Shown here in pieces: positions 50,655 through 62,990 of a DNA stretch of 64,000 nt. The notes beneath the pieces were generated by a model. The model ran no database searches. It saw only the letters and a program-made list of their open reading frames with translations, and was not told the origin of the DNA. The position numbers and the translations under genes were made by a program. Source of the DNA: Escherichia coli (lineage in GTDB: Bacteria > Pseudomonadota > Gammaproteobacteria > Enterobacterales > Enterobacteriaceae). How positions within the stretch are numbered: the stretch's first letter is position 1; each line of letters opens with the position of its first letter. The DNA lies in NCBI RefSeq assembly GCF_009931435.1, contig NZ_CP043414.1; one strand, given 5' to 3'.

Positions 50655-52199
50655 ATGGATGTCATTAAAAAGAAACATTGGTGGCAAAGCGACGCGCTGA
50701 AATGGTCAGTGTTAGGTCTGCTCGGCCTGCTGGTGGGTTACCTTGTTGTTTTAATGTACGCACAAGGGGAATACCTGTTCGCCATTACCACGCTGATATT
50801 GAGTTCAGCGGGGCTCTATATTTTCGCCAATCGTAAAGCCTACGCCTGGCGCTATGTCTATCCGGGAATGGCTGGGATGGGGCTATTCGTCCTTTTCCCT
50901 CTGGTCTGCACCATCGCCATTGCCTTCACCAACTACAGCAGCACTAACCAGCTGACTTTTGAACGTGCGCAGGAAGTGTTGTTAGATCGCTCCTGGCAAG
51001 CAGGCAAAACCTATAACTTTGGTCTTTACCCGGCGGGCGATGAGTGGCAACTGGCGCTCAGCGACGGCGAAACTGGCAAAAATTACCTCTCCGACGCGTT
51101 TAAATTTGGCGGCGAGCAAAAACTGCAACTAAAAGAAACAGCCGCCCAGCCTGAAGGCGAGCGCGCGAATCTGCGTGTGATTACCCAGAATCGTCAGGCG
51201 CTGAGTGACATTACTGCCATTCTGCCGGATGGTAACAAAGTGATGATGAGCTCCTTGCGCCAGTTTTCTGGCACGCAGCCGCTCTACACACTCGACGGTG
51301 ACGGCACGCTGACGAATAACCAGAGCGGTGTGAAATATCGGCCGAATAACCAAATTGGTTTTTACCAGTCCATTACCGCCGACGGCAACTGGGGCGATGA
51401 AAAGTTAAGCCCCGGTTACACCGTGACCACCGGCTGGAAAAACTTTACCCGCGTCTTCACCGACGAAGGCATTCAGAAACCGTTCCTCGCCATTTTCGTC
51501 TGGACCGTGGTGTTCTCGCTAATCACCGTCTTTTTAACAGTGGCGGTCGGCATGGTTCTGGCGTGTCTGGTGCAGTGGGAAGCGTTGCGCGGCAAAGCGG
51601 TCTATCGTGTCCTGCTGATTCTGCCCTACGCGGTGCCATCGTTTATTTCAATCTTGATTTTCAAAGGGTTGTTTAACCAGAGCTTCGGTGAAATCAACAT
51701 GATGTTGAGCGCGCTATTTGGCGTGAAGCCTGCCTGGTTTAGCGATCCGACCACTGCCCGCACGATGCTGATTATCGTCAACACCTGGCTGGGTTATCCG
51801 TACATGATGATCCTCTGCATGGGCTTGTTGAAAGCGATTCCGGACGATCTGTATGAAGCCTCAGCAATGGATGGCGCAGGTCCATTCCAGAACTTCTTTA
51901 AAATTACGCTGCCGCTGCTGATTAAGCCGCTCACACCGCTAATGATCGCCAGCTTCGCCTTTAACTTTAACAACTTCGTGCTGATTCAACTGTTAACTAA
52001 CGGCGGCCCGGATCGTCTTGGCACTACCACGCCAGCCGGTTATACCGACCTGCTCGTTAACTACACCTACCGCATCGCCTTTGAAGGCGGCGGTGGTCAG
52101 GACTTCGGTCTGGCGGCGGCAATTGCCACGCTGATCTTCCTGCTGGTGGGTGCGCTGGCGATCGTCAACCTGAAAGCCACGCGAATGAAGTTTGATTAA
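50655..52199 (+). CDS. malF: Maltose ABC transporter permease MalF, 514 aa
   Basis: [40 protein letters not shown]…; track ORF starts 5 codons upstream. Confidence 0.95.
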   Translation: MDVIKKKHWWQSDALKWSVLGLLGLLVGYLVVLMYAQGEYLFAITTLILSSAGLYIFANRKAYAWRYVYPGMAGMGLFVLFPLVCTIAIAFTNYSSTNQLTFERAQEVLLDRSWQAGKTYNFGLYPAGDEWQLALSDGETGKNYLSDAFKFGGEQKLQLKETAAQPEGERANLRVITQNRQALSDITAILPDGNKVMMSSLRQFSGTQPLYTLDGDGTLTNNQSGVKYRPNNQIGFYQSITADGNWGDEKLSPGYTVTTGWKNFTRVFTDEGIQKPFLAIFVWTVVFSLITVFLTVAVGMVLACLVQWEALRGKAVYRVLLILPYAVPSFISILIFKGLFNQSFGEINMMLSALFGVKPAWFSDPTTARTMLIIVNTWLGYPYMMILCMGLLKAIPDDLYEASAMDGAGPFQNFFKITLPLLIKPLTPLMIASFAFNFNNFVLIQLLTNGGPDRLGTTTPAGYTDLLVNYTYRIAFEGGGGQDFGLAAAIATLIFLLVGALAIVNLKATRMKFD

Positions 52200-52213
52200 G
52201 GGAGATAACAAAA

Positions 52214-53104
52214 ATGGCAATGGTCCAACCGAAATCGCAAAAAGCACGTTTGTTTATTACTCATCTGCTACTGCTACTTTTTATCGCGGCGATTATGTTC
52301 CCGCTGCTGATGGTCGTCGCTATCTCTCTGCGTCAGGGGAACTTCGCGACTGGTAGCCTGATCCCGGAACAAATCTCCTGGGATCACTGGAAACTGGCGT
52401 TAGGTTTTAGCGTTGAACAGGCTGATGGGCGCATTACGCCACCGCCGTTCCCGGTACTGCTGTGGCTGTGGAACTCAGTAAAGGTCGCCGGAATTTCCGC
52501 GATTGGCATTGTTGCGCTCTCCACCACCTGCGCCTACGCTTTCGCCCGTATGCGCTTTCCTGGTAAAGCGACACTGCTGAAAGGCATGCTGATTTTCCAG
52601 ATGTTCCCGGCGGTGCTTTCACTGGTAGCGTTGTATGCGTTATTTGATCGTTTGGGTGAGTACATTCCATTCATCGGCCTGAATACTCACGGCGGCGTAA
52701 TCTTCGCGTACCTGGGGGGGATTGCGCTGCATGTCTGGACCATCAAAGGCTATTTCGAAACCATCGACAGTTCGCTGGAAGAAGCGGCGGCGCTGGATGG
52801 TGCAACACCGTGGCAGGCCTTCCGCCTTGTCCTGTTGCCGCTGTCAGTGCCGATTCTGGCGGTGGTGTTCATCCTGTCGTTTATCGCTGCCATTACTGAA
52901 GTTCCGGTCGCGTCGTTGTTACTGCGTGACGTAAACAGCTACACCCTGGCCGTGGGAATGCAGCAATACCTCAACCCGCAAAACTACCTGTGGGGTGACT
53001 TTGCCGCCGCTGCCGTGATGTCTGCATTACCGATCACCATCGTCTTCTTGCTGGCTCAACGCTGGCTGGTCAACGGACTGACGGCAGGTGGTGTGAAAGG
53101 TTAA
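52214..53104 (+). CDS. malG: Maltose ABC transporter permease MalG, 296 aa
   Basis: [44 protein letters not shown]…; EAA-loop permease. Confidence 0.95.
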
Positions 53105-53174
53105 AGATGTTGTTCTGCCAATGTTATGCCGCTACACCCTCAACTTACGTTATCCCAACTTGTGACTGTTATTC

Positions 53175-53199
53175 GGCGCTCTATGGAGCGCCTTTTTTT
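53175..53199 (+). terminator. Intrinsic terminator downstream of malG
   Basis: ggcgctc-tatg-gagcgcc followed by ttttttt; the T-run overlaps the psiE stop codon on the other strand. Confidence 0.7.
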
Positions 53200-53608
53200 A
53201 CTCCCGCTTCAGCCGTTTCGAATTACACAGCCATAAGGTGATCACCAGTAGCAGGATCGCTGCCGAGTAGATCAACACATCCAGTGGTGATTTATGATCG
53301 ACGATGATCAAGCGCACAATGGCGGTGATCCCGATATAGACAAAGTAACGCAAGGGAAAGTGAAAACCGGACTGAAAGTACTTCACAATCAGCGCGATAA
53401 ATTCGAAATAGAGAAAGTAAACCACCAGCCCTTCCACCAGCTCATATTTGCTGGCTTGTTCTGGCGCGAACAGCACATCAGCCAGATGCACCGTTTCTTT
53501 GCCGAGGAAGACAACCAAAATCAGGCCGAGACACAACAGGCCAAGATTGAGAACGGTCTGCAAAATGGTGGAGATAAACTCCACGCGCGGACGAGAGAGT
53601 GACGTCAT
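53198..53608 (-). CDS. psiE: Phosphate-starvation-inducible inner-membrane protein PsiE, 136 aa
   Basis: [47 protein letters not shown]…. Confidence 0.9.
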   Translation of the reverse strand: MTSLSRPRVEFISTILQTVLNLGLLCLGLILVVFLGKETVHLADVLFAPEQASKYELVEGLVVYFLYFEFIALIVKYFQSGFHFPLRYFVYIGITAIVRLIIVDHKSPLDVLIYSAAILLLVITLWLCNSKRLKRE

Positions 53609-53728
53609 AGCAGTACCTCCTTCACAATGGCGAGCTTCCTGTATAACGCAAAAATGTGACGGAGATCTATATTTTTTGTGTATGTTTTGTTCAACGCCGA
53701 ATACGATTCCTGTATTCGGCGCTGCTTG

Positions 53729-55825
53729 TTAGCGGAAATTGACGCTTCGGTCGCTGGTCATGTCGTACAACTGGAACTTACGCCCAAGTTGCTGACCACC
53801 GTCACGCGTCAGCGGCGTCCAGCCAATCGCCGCACGGCTGCGTGTCGGGCCAGACGAGAAGAGATCCAACGGTACAGAGACATACACGCCTTTGGTGAAG
53901 TCCCCTTCGCCGTACTCCTCTTTCGAAACATTCGTGATCGTGGCATACCCACCCACTACCACGCCGCTGTCAAAGCGTTTGGCGATTTCCAGCGTGCCGC
54001 CTTTATCCCCTGCCAGATACTGCCCGACGCTGGCTTTCACTAACACATCCTGAGCGAAAGATGGCGTCCAGTAGGCGGTCAAATGACCAGTTTTCACGCT
54101 GTAATCGGTGAATTTCATCATATCTTTCGCACTACGCCAGTCGCGCTGTTTAACGTAGTTAGCATCCAGACCAAACGCCCAGTTGCTATCCAGCGGGCGA
54201 TACAATACTTCTGCCCCCGCGCCGCCAAACATGGTTTCGAGATAACCACCGTAGACCTGACCGTAGAAGCCGTTGCCCAGATGCTGGAAATAGTTGGCTT
54301 GCAGGTTATTCACATAGACATCATTCTGCACATACTCACGCACATGGGTACGCACGCGCGGTAAGTGCGAGTCCTGCGGCGGATTGGTGTAGTTAAACTT
54401 GTCGTAGTTGTTGGCAAGGTTAGCAAACAGGCTGCCGGTGGTCAGCAGATGGTCCGTCAGCCACAAATCTGCCGTTCCCATCACGCCCAGCTGATACATG
54501 TAAAAGTTTTCCGGGCCACCGACCGACTGGTTTAGCACCGGATCGATATGAAAATCAAAGCGTGATTTGTCGATATACCAGCCCTGCTCGGTGGACTTCG
54601 GAACCACTGGCTCGACGCGTTTTTGCGCCAGCTTCGTTTCGTGGCCCAACGGCTCTCCGGCAAGATGATTTTTCAGGCTGGCGACATCGGTTTCCGTCGT
54701 CACCTGCGGCATGTTAAGGCGATTTTCTGTAACGCGGATCGTCTTGATCCCATCCGGCAGATCGTTCATCACGATCCGATTAGCACGGATGATCCCTTCG
54801 CGCGAATCACGATATTTCACCTGCTCACCGGTGACGTACAGCGTATCGCCTTTCGTCTGGATCTGCGGATCGGCCAGTCCGGCGTTGTATTTCAACAGCG
54901 TTAACTGATTCGCCACCACCGAATGCTGCAAAATGGCATCCTGCGGCTGCGGTTGATATTGCGGACGGGCGTTATCGTTGTAGGACGGGCGTAGATCGTT
55001 AAAGTTGGTACGCAGCGTGACGCCAAACATAAAGGTGTTACCGCGTTCATAGCTAAGGTTAACGTCGGCCCAATCGGTAACGCGATAAATCGCCCCGACG
55101 TTAAACTTACTTTTTTGCTCCAGCTTCCCGGCAAAATCCTGCTGATAATTATTACCTTCATACTCCAGTTTCAGACGCAGCGGCTGCCAGGGCGTCTGGT
55201 ATTCCACGCCGCCAAACAGTGAGGCCGGACCGTGGAACATCTGGCTGCCGTCGATAGATCCCGCTTGTTTGTAGCTGTTATCGCGATAGCAATATTTGTC
55301 ACTGGCCGAACAGAGCGGATTTTTCACGTTACCGCTGGTGCCCAGATATCCCCAGCCCAGGCCGAGCGTAAAATCGAATGGCCCCCAGGCTTTGCTGGCG
55401 ACAAGATATTCCGCATCGAACAGCCCCGTACCGCCGATATCCCGCGCACCAACCGCCACCTGTGGCAGCCAGTAACTCTCTTCCCATAAACGCAGTTTGA
55501 GATCGAAGGCTTTATCTTTATACGTTTGATCACCAGAGAACGCTTCGACGCTGCTGTACTGCCGAGTGCGCACGTCGGTGTAGCGTAGCGTTGTTTCCAA
55601 CCACGGGAAGAGTTGCACTGAAGCTGAGTAATAACGGTACTGATCGTTATCGCGATAGTTCAGACTCAACTCCCCTTCCCGCGCCATGCGCGCAGTAGGT
55701 GTTTGTAATAATCCTACGCCACCGAAATCCGATTGCGACGGACCAATGGGCGCAGGATATGTTTCGCCGTAGCAAGCCGTGCTAATGCCCAGCGCCAGTA
55801 AACTAAGCAGATGTCTTTTTTTCAT
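53729..55825 (-). CDS. yjbH: YjbH (GfcD/YmcA-like outer-membrane beta-barrel lipoprotein of the yjbEFGH polysaccharide locus), 698 aa
   Basis: Signal peptide [20 protein letters not shown]; beta-rich 698-aa protein ending …NFR; synteny with K-12 yjbEFGH. Confidence 0.85.
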   Translation of the reverse strand: MKKRHLLSLLALGISTACYGETYPAPIGPSQSDFGGVGLLQTPTARMAREGELSLNYRDNDQYRYYSASVQLFPWLETTLRYTDVRTRQYSSVEAFSGDQTYKDKAFDLKLRLWEESYWLPQVAVGARDIGGTGLFDAEYLVASKAWGPFDFTLGLGWGYLGTSGNVKNPLCSASDKYCYRDNSYKQAGSIDGSQMFHGPASLFGGVEYQTPWQPLRLKLEYEGNNYQQDFAGKLEQKSKFNVGAIYRVTDWADVNLSYERGNTFMFGVTLRTNFNDLRPSYNDNARPQYQPQPQDAILQHSVVANQLTLLKYNAGLADPQIQTKGDTLYVTGEQVKYRDSREGIIRANRIVMNDLPDGIKTIRVTENRLNMPQVTTETDVASLKNHLAGEPLGHETKLAQKRVEPVVPKSTEQGWYIDKSRFDFHIDPVLNQSVGGPENFYMYQLGVMGTADLWLTDHLLTTGSLFANLANNYDKFNYTNPPQDSHLPRVRTHVREYVQNDVYVNNLQANYFQHLGNGFYGQVYGGYLETMFGGAGAEVLYRPLDSNWAFGLDANYVKQRDWRSAKDMMKFTDYSVKTGHLTAYWTPSFAQDVLVKASVGQYLAGDKGGTLEIAKRFDSGVVVGGYATITNVSKEEYGEGDFTKGVYVSVPLDLFSSGPTRSRAAIGWTPLTRDGGQQLGRKFQLYDMTSDRSVNFR

Positions 55826-56562
55826 TATTGCGGTATCCGCTGCGTCAGAGTCTGAAGAATGTCAGCGTTAAGGGCATCAGGCGTCTCACTCCAGACGGAG
55901 TCCGCGAGGCCAACATAAATAATGCTGCCGGGCATCGGCTCTACGTGACGCTTGTTCCAGTAAGCCACCGGAGTTTTTTGCGTGCGTCCATCCGGATAAA
56001 CGACCCACGCGTAGCTGCGATCCGCACCGCTGAGCAGGCTCTGGTCAGAGAGATAGCTCGCCACGTCGCGACCGGGAGTGAATGGCTGATTGCCAGGACG
56101 GCTGATAAGCCCGAACAACGTGACCGTGGACGGTGGTGGTCCGACCCACAGCGTGTAGTTGCCCTGCAACGGCGGGTTACCGCGTTCGGCAACGCGCACG
56201 ATATCAGGATCAAGATTGATTTTTTGTCTGCCCGTCACCTTCAACGCCTGAATTTGCTGGCGTAAGGCGTTAATGGCGGCGGCATCGTCGGTGCTGGATT
56301 CTGAGGCCAGTTCTGCCAGCCTTGTCAGCAACGCCTGCTGCTGCCGTAATGCCGCCGCCGTTGCCAGCTCTTCGCTAATCACCGCTCCGGGCCACCAACT
56401 GTTTGCCAGCCGCGGTTGGCCTACCAGATCGATTAAATGCTCTGCGCCCGTTAGCGTTTTGGCCTCATTGCTGCCATTACTGAACACTTTGACGGTGCCT
56501 GCCGCAAAGACCGATGACGCTCCCACGCTCATAATCAACGCAGCAATAGTTTGTTTAATCAT
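55825..56562 (-). CDS. yjbG: YjbG (GfcC-like periplasmic protein), about 245 aa
   Basis: Signal peptide [20 protein letters not shown]; start set at MIKQT (track ORF extends to 56658); stop overlaps yjbH start. Confidence 0.8.
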   Translation of the reverse strand: MIKQTIAALIMSVGASSVFAAGTVKVFSNGSNEAKTLTGAEHLIDLVGQPRLANSWWPGAVISEELATAAALRQQQALLTRLAELASESSTDDAAAINALRQQIQALKVTGRQKINLDPDIVRVAERGNPPLQGNYTLWVGPPPSTVTLFGLISRPGNQPFTPGRDVASYLSDQSLLSGADRSYAWVVYPDGRTQKTPVAYWNKRHVEPMPGSIIYVGLADSVWSETPDALNADILQTLTQRIPQ

Positions 56563-57197
56563 TGTTTTGCCGCCTTGATGAGAGTGGTTTTCACCGGGAA
56601 ATAATCCGCGCCGAGATACTGTTCCGACTGGCGAATTTGCCCTTCGCTGTCGATCCAATAGCGGTTATGCCAGCGAGCCTGGTCGGTGGAGACTTCTTCG
56701 TCCAGCACACGAACCGGAGTTTCATCGCTACCGACTTTGACAGTATCGGTGCCATCCCATTTGAAAACCGAGCGTGCGGTGGCGTAGCGCACCTGCTGGT
56801 ACTCGGTCCAGCCCATCGTGCGCGTCCAGGTTGCGCCATCAACAATTTGTGCGGGTTTTATCAGCGGGTCGGCGGCAAGGTTATTCACTTCAATCAGGTT
56901 GTCGCCGCCAAGCAAAGTCTTCACCAGACGACCATGTTGTGTGACGAGAGTGGCTTGATCCTGAGTAACCCATTTTTGTTGTCCGTCTTCAGCGAAGGCC
57001 AGCACCACAAACAACTGCGGCCCGCCATTAAGCTGCATGTACTGGCTGGCGTAGGGCATATTTTGAATATCATCGTCCGTCAGCTGTACGCCTGGCGTAC
57101 CGAACAGACTGTCCCACAGTGAATTGCCCAGCTCTTTAGTCGTGGCTGAACAAGCCTGTAATAGCAGGCAGATAAGAATGAGTGCAGGTCGCTTCAC
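56559..57197 (-). CDS. yjbF: YjbF (GfcB-like lipoprotein), about 212 aa
   Basis: Lipoprotein signal (V)KRPALILICLLLQACS; GTG start assumed; 4-bp overlap with yjbG start. Confidence 0.8.
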   Translation of the reverse strand: MKRPALILICLLLQACSATTKELGNSLWDSLFGTPGVQLTDDDIQNMPYASQYMQLNGGPQLFVVLAFAEDGQQKWVTQDQATLVTQHGRLVKTLLGGDNLIEVNNLAADPLIKPAQIVDGATWTRTMGWTEYQQVRYATARSVFKWDGTDTVKVGSDETPVRVLDEEVSTDQARWHNRYWIDSEGQIRQSEQYLGADYFPVKTTLIKAAKQ

Positions 57198-57311
57198 GAC
57201 TCTTCTCCAGAGGGGCAGAATAACCACACCGGAGTGTGGTTATGGTTAATCCCCGTCATACTTCAAGCCACAGATGCGATGACTCGAATTATTTTAGGGA
57301 TACATACTTTA

Positions 57312-57554
57312 TTACTGAGTACTGGTGGTCGTGGTTGTGGTGGTCCCGGTATTAGAACCATCACCGCCACCGGTTGCCGCGAGCGCGACACCCACCGCCG
57401 AGCTTACGGTGCTAACGCTGGTTGCGGAGGAGCTACCCGCCGAAACCGACGTTGCTGCCGCCCCTGCCGCTTCGCCCACCTGTACAGGTGCAGCCCACGC
57501 AGAAGTCGCCGCAAGCGCAGATATGGCAAAAATGCCATACAGAACTTTTTTCAT
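57312..57554 (-). CDS. yjbE: YjbE (small secreted Thr/Ala/Ser-rich protein), 80 aa
   Basis: Signal peptide [21 protein letters not shown]; low-complexity mature part ending …[19 protein letters not shown]. Confidence 0.8.
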   Translation of the reverse strand: MKKVLYGIFAISALAATSAWAAPVQVGEAAGAAATSVSAGSSSATSVSTVSSAVGVALAATGGGDGSNTGTTTTTTTSTQ

Positions 57555-57961
57555 AACAATTTCCCTTCATTGAATGAATGGAGATTTACCCAAAAACATT
57601 TCGGGCGGGATCGAGTATACACAACTAAAGCATGCGAATTACGGCGTGGGGAATTAGTGATGGGGTTTTAAGATAATTGGAATGAATATCAAATATAAGT
57701 TTCAACTTATATATAAATAATATTTAAAATCAAAAATTTAAAACAAAATCAAAAATAATTAACCTACGTATTTTCCGAAATCAATCATGATTAAAAATCT
57801 ATTTTAGGATTAACCTCACGGTATGATTTTCGTTAAATCACAGACAAGGGGATTTATCTGATAAAACAATGCCGACTTATAGTCGGCATTGTTATTAAGG
57901 TTATTTAATCAATCCTGCTATGTATTAATTGCCGAATATGATGTACATATCGGCATCGACC

Positions 57962-58040
<79 letters not shown>

Positions 58041-58069
58041 ATATCATCGGCATCAGGCTCGCTCGATGA

Positions 58070-59719
58070 TTAACCGCGCCACGCTTTATAGCGGTTAATC
58101 AGACCATTGGTCGAGCTATCGTGGCTGCTGATTTCTTTATCATCTTTCAGCTCTGGCAGAATACGGTTCGCCAGCTGTTTACCCAGCTCCACGCCCCACT
58201 GGTCGAAGGTGAAGATGTTCAGGATCACGCCCTGAGTAAAGATTTTGTGCTCATACAGCGCAATCAACGCCCCCAGGCTGAACGGAGTGATTTCACGCAG
58301 CAGGATGGAGTTGGTTGGGCGATTACCTTCGAACACTTTGAACGGTACCACGTAGTCAAGCGTTGCCGGATCTTTACCCTGATCGCGATATTCCTGCTCA
58401 ACCACTTCGCGGGATTTACCAAACGCCAGCGCTTCGGTCTGAGCGAAGAAGTTAGACAGCAGTTTCTGGTGATGATCAGAGAGCGGGTTATGGGTGATAG
58501 CCGGGGCGATGAAATCGCATGGCACCATCTTCGTACCCTGGTGGATCAGCTGGTAGAACGCGTGCTGACCGTTAGTGCCTGGTTCACCCCAGATAATCGG
58601 GCCAGTCTGGTAATCCACAACGTTACCGTTACGGTCTACATACTTACCATTGGACTCCATATTGCCCTGCTGGAAGTACGCTGCGAAACGGTGCATATAC
58701 TGGTCGTACGGCAGAATCGCTTCAGTTTCCGCGCCAAAGAAATTGTTGTACCAGATGCCGATCAGCGCCAGCAGTACAGGCAGGTTTTTCTCTGCAGGTG
58801 TGGTGGAGAAATGCTTGTCCATCGCGTGTGCGCCGGAAAGCAGTTCAACGAAGTTATCAAAGCCGATGGAGAGAACAATCGACAGGCCAATCGCTGACCA
58901 CAAAGAGTAACGACCGCCGACCCAGTCCCAAAACTCGAACATGTTAGCGGTATCAATACCAAACTCACCAACGGCTTTGGCATTGGTTGAGAGCGCAGCA
59001 AAGTGTTTCGCAACGTGTTGTTCATCACCTGCCGCTTTCAGGAACCAGTCACGCGCGCTATGGGCGTTGGTCATGGTTTCCTGAGTGGTGAAGGTTTTAG
59101 ATGCTACCAGGAACAGCGTGGTTTCCGGGTTCACTTTTTTCAGCACTTCCGCGATGTGAGTTCCATCGACGTTAGAAACAAAGTGCATGTTCAGGTGATT
59201 TTTGTACGGACGCAGTGCTTCGGTCACCATGTACGGGCCGAGGTCAGAACCGCCGATACCGATGTTCACCACGTCGGTGATTGCTTTGCCGGTATAACCC
59301 TTCCACTCACCGGAAATAATCGCTTCCGAGAAGGTTTTCATCTTCTCCAGCACGGCGTTAACATCCGGCATGACATCTTTGCCATCAACCAGAATCGGGG
59401 TATTGCTACGGTTACGCAACGCTACGTGCAGTACGGCGCGGTTTTCAGTGCGGTTGATCTTCTCGCCAGAGAACATCGACTTAATCGCGCCCGCCAGATC
59501 GCACTCTTTCGCCAGATCTTGTAATTTCGCCAGCGTCTCTTCAGTGATGCGGTTTTTGGAGTAATCCACCAGCATCTGATCGTCGAAGGTTGCAGAGAAC
59601 TTAGAAAAACGATCGCCGTCTTTAGCAAAAAGATCGGCGATCGTAACGTCTTTCATTTCATCGAAGTGTTTCTGTAGTGCCTGCCAGGCCGCGGTCTGCG
59701 TTGGATTGATGTTTTTCAT
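58070..59719 (-). CDS. pgi: Glucose-6-phosphate isomerase, 549 aa
   Basis: [58 protein letters not shown]…; track ORF starts 2 codons upstream. Confidence 0.97.
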   Translation of the reverse strand: MKNINPTQTAAWQALQKHFDEMKDVTIADLFAKDGDRFSKFSATFDDQMLVDYSKNRITEETLAKLQDLAKECDLAGAIKSMFSGEKINRTENRAVLHVALRNRSNTPILVDGKDVMPDVNAVLEKMKTFSEAIISGEWKGYTGKAITDVVNIGIGGSDLGPYMVTEALRPYKNHLNMHFVSNVDGTHIAEVLKKVNPETTLFLVASKTFTTQETMTNAHSARDWFLKAAGDEQHVAKHFAALSTNAKAVGEFGIDTANMFEFWDWVGGRYSLWSAIGLSIVLSIGFDNFVELLSGAHAMDKHFSTTPAEKNLPVLLALIGIWYNNFFGAETEAILPYDQYMHRFAAYFQQGNMESNGKYVDRNGNVVDYQTGPIIWGEPGTNGQHAFYQLIHQGTKMVPCDFIAPAITHNPLSDHHQKLLSNFFAQTEALAFGKSREVVEQEYRDQGKDPATLDYVVPFKVFEGNRPTNSILLREITPFSLGALIALYEHKIFTQGVILNIFTFDQWGVELGKQLANRILPELKDDKEISSHDSSTNGLINRYKAWRG

Positions 59720-59902
59720 TAGCAATACTCTTCTGATTTTGAGAATTGTGACTTTGGAAGATTGTAGCGCCAGTCACAGAAAAATGTGATGGTTTTAGTG
59801 CCGTTAGCGTAATGTTGAGTGTAAACCCTTAGCGCAGTGAAGCATTTATTAGCTGAACTACTGACCGCCAGGAGTGGATGAAAAATCCGCATGACCCCAT
59901 CG

Positions 59903-59936
59903 TTGACAACCGCCCCGCTCACCCTTTATTTATAAA
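59903..59936 (+). promoter_or_regulatory. lysC promoter candidate
   Basis: ttgaca at 59903-59908 with AT-rich -10 region (tttatttataaat) 17-22 bp downstream, about 310 bp upstream of the lysC ATG. Confidence 0.5.
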
Positions 59937-59944
59937 TGTACTAC

Positions 59945-60235
59945 CTGCGCTAGCGCAGGCCAGAAGAGGCGCGTTGCCCAAGTAACGGTGTTGGAGGAGC
60001 CAGTCCTGTGATAACACCTGAGGGGGTGCATCGCCGAGGTGATTGAACGGCTGGCCACGTTCATCATCGGCTACAGGGGCTGAATCCCCTGGGTTGTCAC
60101 CAGAAGCGTTCGCAGTCGGGCGTTTCGCAAGTGGTGGAGCACTTCTGGGTGAAAATAGTAGCGAAGTATCGCTCTGCGCCCACCCGTCTTCCGCTCTTCC
60201 CTTGTGCCAAGGCTGAAAATGGATCCCCTGACACG
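59945..60235 (+). promoter_or_regulatory. Lysine riboswitch (LYS element / L box) in the lysC leader
   Basis: About 300-nt structured leader with conserved segments as I recall them for the lysC riboswitch (…ccagaagaggcgcgttgcccaagtaacggtgttggaggagccag…ggtgcatcgccgaggtgattgaacggctgg…); immediately upstream of lysC. Confidence 0.8.
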
Positions 60236-60243
60236 AGGTAGTT

Positions 60244-61593
60244 ATGTCTGAAATTGTTGTCTCCAAATTTGGCGGTACCAGCGTAGCTGATTTTGACGCG
60301 ATGAACCGCAGTGCTGATATTGTGCTTTCTGATGCCAACGTACGTTTAGTTGTCCTCTCGGCTTCTGCTGGTATCACTAATCTGCTGGTCGCTTTAGCTG
60401 AAGGACTGGAACCTGGCGAGCGATTCGAAAAACTCGACGCAATCCGCAATATCCAGTTTGCCATTCTGGAACGTCTGCGTTACCCGAACGTTATCCGTGA
60501 AGAGATTGAACGTCTGCTGGAGAACATTACTGTTCTGGCAGAAGCGGCGGCGCTGGCAACGTCTCCGGCGCTGACAGATGAACTGGTCAGCCACGGCGAG
60601 CTGATGTCGACCCTGCTGTTTGTTGAGATCCTGCGCGAACGCGATATTCAGGCACAGTGGTTTGATGTACGTAAAGTGATGCGTACTAATGACCGATTTG
60701 GTCGTGCAGAGCCAGACGTAGCCGCGCTGGCGGAACTGGCTGCGCTGCAGCTGCTCCCGCGCCTCAATGAAGGCTTAGTGATCACCCAAGGATTTATCGG
60801 CAGCGAAAGTAAAGGTCGTACAACGACGCTTGGCCGTGGAGGCAGCGATTATACGGCAGCCTTGCTGGCGGAGGCCTTACACGCATCTCGTGTTGATATC
60901 TGGACCGACGTCCCGGGCATCTACACCACCGATCCACGCGTGGTTTCCGCAGCAAAACGCATTGATGAAATCGCGTTTGCCGAAGCGGCAGAGATGGCAA
61001 CTTTTGGTGCAAAAGTACTGCATCCGGCAACATTGCTACCCGCAGTACGCAGCGATATTCCGGTGTTTGTCGGCTCCAGCAAAGCCCCACGCGCAGGTGG
61101 TACGCTGGTGTGCAATAAAACTGAAAATCCGCCGCTGTTCCGTGCCCTGGCGCTTCGTCGTAATCAGACTCTGCTCACTTTGCACAGCCTGAATATGCTG
61201 CATTCTCGCGGTTTCCTCGCGGAAGTTTTCGGCATTCTCGCGCGGCATAATATCTCGGTGGATTTAATCACCACATCAGAAGTGAGCGTGGCATTAACCC
61301 TTGATACCACCGGTTCCACCTCCACTGGCGATACATTGCTGACGCAATCTCTGCTGATGGAGCTTTCCGCACTGTGCCGGGTAGAAGTGGAAGAAGGCCT
61401 GGCGCTGGTCGCGTTGATTGGCAATGACCTGTCAAAAGCCTGCGGCGTAGGCAAAGAGGTATTCGGCGTACTGGAACCGTTCAACATTCGCATGATTTGT
61501 TACGGCGCATCCAGCCATAACCTGTGCTTCCTGGTGCCCGGCGAAGATGCCGAGCAGGTGGTGCAGAAGCTGCATTTTAATTTGTTTGAGTAA
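60244..61593 (+). CDS. lysC: Lysine-sensitive aspartokinase III, 449 aa
   Basis: MSEIVVSKFGGTSVADFDAMNRSADIVLSDANVRLVVLSASAGITNLLVALAEG…; C-terminal ACT domains. Confidence 0.97.
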   Translation: MSEIVVSKFGGTSVADFDAMNRSADIVLSDANVRLVVLSASAGITNLLVALAEGLEPGERFEKLDAIRNIQFAILERLRYPNVIREEIERLLENITVLAEAAALATSPALTDELVSHGELMSTLLFVEILRERDIQAQWFDVRKVMRTNDRFGRAEPDVAALAELAALQLLPRLNEGLVITQGFIGSESKGRTTTLGRGGSDYTAALLAEALHASRVDIWTDVPGIYTTDPRVVSAAKRIDEIAFAEAAEMATFGAKVLHPATLLPAVRSDIPVFVGSSKAPRAGGTLVCNKTENPPLFRALALRRNQTLLTLHSLNMLHSRGFLAEVFGILARHNISVDLITTSEVSVALTLDTTGSTSTGDTLLTQSLLMELSALCRVEVEEGLALVALIGNDLSKACGVGKEVFGVLEPFNIRMICYGASSHNLCFLVPGEDAEQVVQKLHFNLFE

Positions 61594-61844
61594 ACACAGT
61601 ATGGTCCGAAAGACATTATTTCGGGCCGTATGTTTTTCTTGTCATTATGCCCATCAATAAACGAGTCTATTCCCTGTTAACCAGCATCTTTATCTAAGAA
61701 TAATTACCTTTAATTTTTTATCTGCATCTCTAGCTAATTATCGAGAGAGATAAATATTTAAGAGAAGGCAAAATGAATATTATCAGTTCTGCTCGCAAAG
61801 GAATTCCCGTACACTGAACTCTCCGGCTCACTGAGGGCACCATC

Positions 61845-62117
61845 ATGGCACTCCCCCGTATTACCCAAAAAGAGATGACTGAACGCGAGCAGCGTGAACT
61901 TAAAACACTGCTGGATCGGGCGCGTATTGCGCATGGTCGCGTGCTGACCAACTCCGAAACCAACAGCATCAAGAAAGAGTACATCGATAAATTAATGGTT
62001 GAGCGTGAGGCTGAAGCAAAAAAAGCCCGCCAGTTGAAGAAAAAGCAGGCTTATAAACCAGATCCTGAAGCGTCGTTTAGCTGGTCGGCAAATACGTCGA
62101 CGCGTGGTAGGCGCTGA
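61845..62117 (+). CDS. yjbD: DUF3811 protein YjbD, 90 aa
   Basis: MALPRITQKEMTEREQRELKTLLDRARIAHGRVLTNSETNSIKKEYIDKLMVEREAEAKKARQLKKKQ…; synteny. Confidence 0.8.
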   Translation: MALPRITQKEMTEREQRELKTLLDRARIAHGRVLTNSETNSIKKEYIDKLMVEREAEAKKARQLKKKQAYKPDPEASFSWSANTSTRGRR

Positions 62118-62990
62118 TTAGCGCCCCTTCTTTTTGCGCCCCGGCGAGGTGAAACGTTTACCGTTGGACGCCGGGCGACCACCTTTTTCCGCCGTTTTTT
62201 CCATCTTAACGACCGGGCGTTTGATGCCCGCCATTTTCGGTTTGGCCTTCGCTTTAGGTTTTACCTCAGAAGTGGAATTCTCAATTAATTTAAAGAGATC
62301 AATTAGCTCATCGTCGGTTAAATCGCGCCACTCACCCAGCGGAATGCCGCTTAAACTGACGTTCATAATGCGCGTACGCTCCAGCTTTTTCACTTCGTAA
62401 CCAAAGTGCTCGCACATGCGACGGATCTGACGGTTCAGTCCCTGCACCAGGGTAATGCGAAAAACAAACGGCGCTTCTTTTTTGACTTTGCACTTTTTCG
62501 TCACCGTCCCGAGGATCGGCACCCCCGCCCCCATACCACGAATAAATTCATCGGTAATCGGTTTATCGACCGTAACCAGATACTCTTTCTCATGATCGTT
62601 ACCCGCACGGAGGATCTTATTCACCAGGTCGCCGTGATTGGTGAGGAAAATCAGCCCCTGGGAATCTTTATCCAGGCGGCCAATCGGGAACACGCGTTTG
62701 CTGTGGTTAACAAAATCGACAATGTTATCGCGCTCGCCATCTTCGGTGGTGCTGACAATACCGACGGGCTTGTTCAGGGCGATAAGTACCAAATCTTCGG
62801 CTTCCCGAGGCTCAATCAACTGACCATTTACTTTCACAACGTCGCCGGGTTTCACCTGATCGCCAATGGTGGCTCGCTTGCCATTAAGGAACACATTGCC
62901 TTGCTCGATATAGCGATCCGCTTCGCGGCGTGAGCAAATTCCGCTTTCGCTGATGTATTTATTTAAACGGACTGATGAGTCGGGCAGCAT
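62118..62990 (-). CDS. rluF: 23S rRNA pseudouridine synthase F (RsuA/RluF family), 290 aa
   Basis: S4 domain then catalytic …[24 protein letters not shown]…; Lys/Arg-rich C-tail; stop adjacent to yjbD stop. Confidence 0.9.
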   Translation of the reverse strand: MLPDSSVRLNKYISESGICSRREADRYIEQGNVFLNGKRATIGDQVKPGDVVKVNGQLIEPREAEDLVLIALNKPVGIVSTTEDGERDNIVDFVNHSKRVFPIGRLDKDSQGLIFLTNHGDLVNKILRAGNDHEKEYLVTVDKPITDEFIRGMGAGVPILGTVTKKCKVKKEAPFVFRITLVQGLNRQIRRMCEHFGYEVKKLERTRIMNVSLSGIPLGEWRDLTDDELIDLFKLIENSTSEVKPKAKAKPKMAGIKRPVVKMEKTAEKGGRPASNGKRFTSPGRKKKGR

